Below, piece by piece: positions 10,755-10,793 of a DNA stretch of 10,793 nt (position 1 is the stretch's first letter; every line of letters begins with the position of its first letter). This stretch comes from a virus. A model generated the notes under the pieces. It was not told the origin of the DNA. It did no database searches and saw only the letters and a program-made list of their open reading frames with translations. The position numbers were made by a program, and so were the translations under genes. The stretch lies in the UHGV virus genome UHGV-0166775; one strand, 5' to 3'.

Positions 10755-10793
10755 ATGGCCATAAAAGGTCTTGAGCAGGCCGTTGAAAACCTC
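10755..10793 (+). CDS. Z: Tail protein gpZ, 5' fragment truncated by window end
   Basis: ATG 10755 preceded by SD aaggggga. MAIKGLEQAVENL matches the lambda Z N-terminus. Only 13 codons are inside the window. Confidence 0.85.
   Translation, partial: MAIKGLEQAVENL

Overview
This window is the late region of a lambda-like (lambdoid) phage or prophage, read across the cohesive-end site; I did not find a clearly novel multi-gene system. Order on the + strand: a lysis cassette (3-TM holin, GH108-type muramidase endolysin), a terminator-flanked 93-aa Cys-rich ORF, a Bor lipoprotein gene on the - strand, an AT-rich accessory island carrying one 136-aa gene on the - strand plus a structured non-coding stretch, the cos site (cosQ/cosN/cosB), then the packaging and head genes Nu1, A, W, B, C/Nu3, D, E, FI, FII and the first codons of Z. 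From A (after its first ~30 residues) through FII the proteins match phage lambda as I recall it, nearly residue for residue. The lysis genes, the N-terminal domain of Nu1, the C-terminal tail of Nu1, the first ~30 residues of A and cosB are not lambda-like, so the element is a mosaic with a swapped packaging-specificity module. The most interesting candidates are the two uncharacterised small genes in moron positions and the cosB repeat architecture. All identifications are from reading the sequence and recalled protein sequences; no database search was run.
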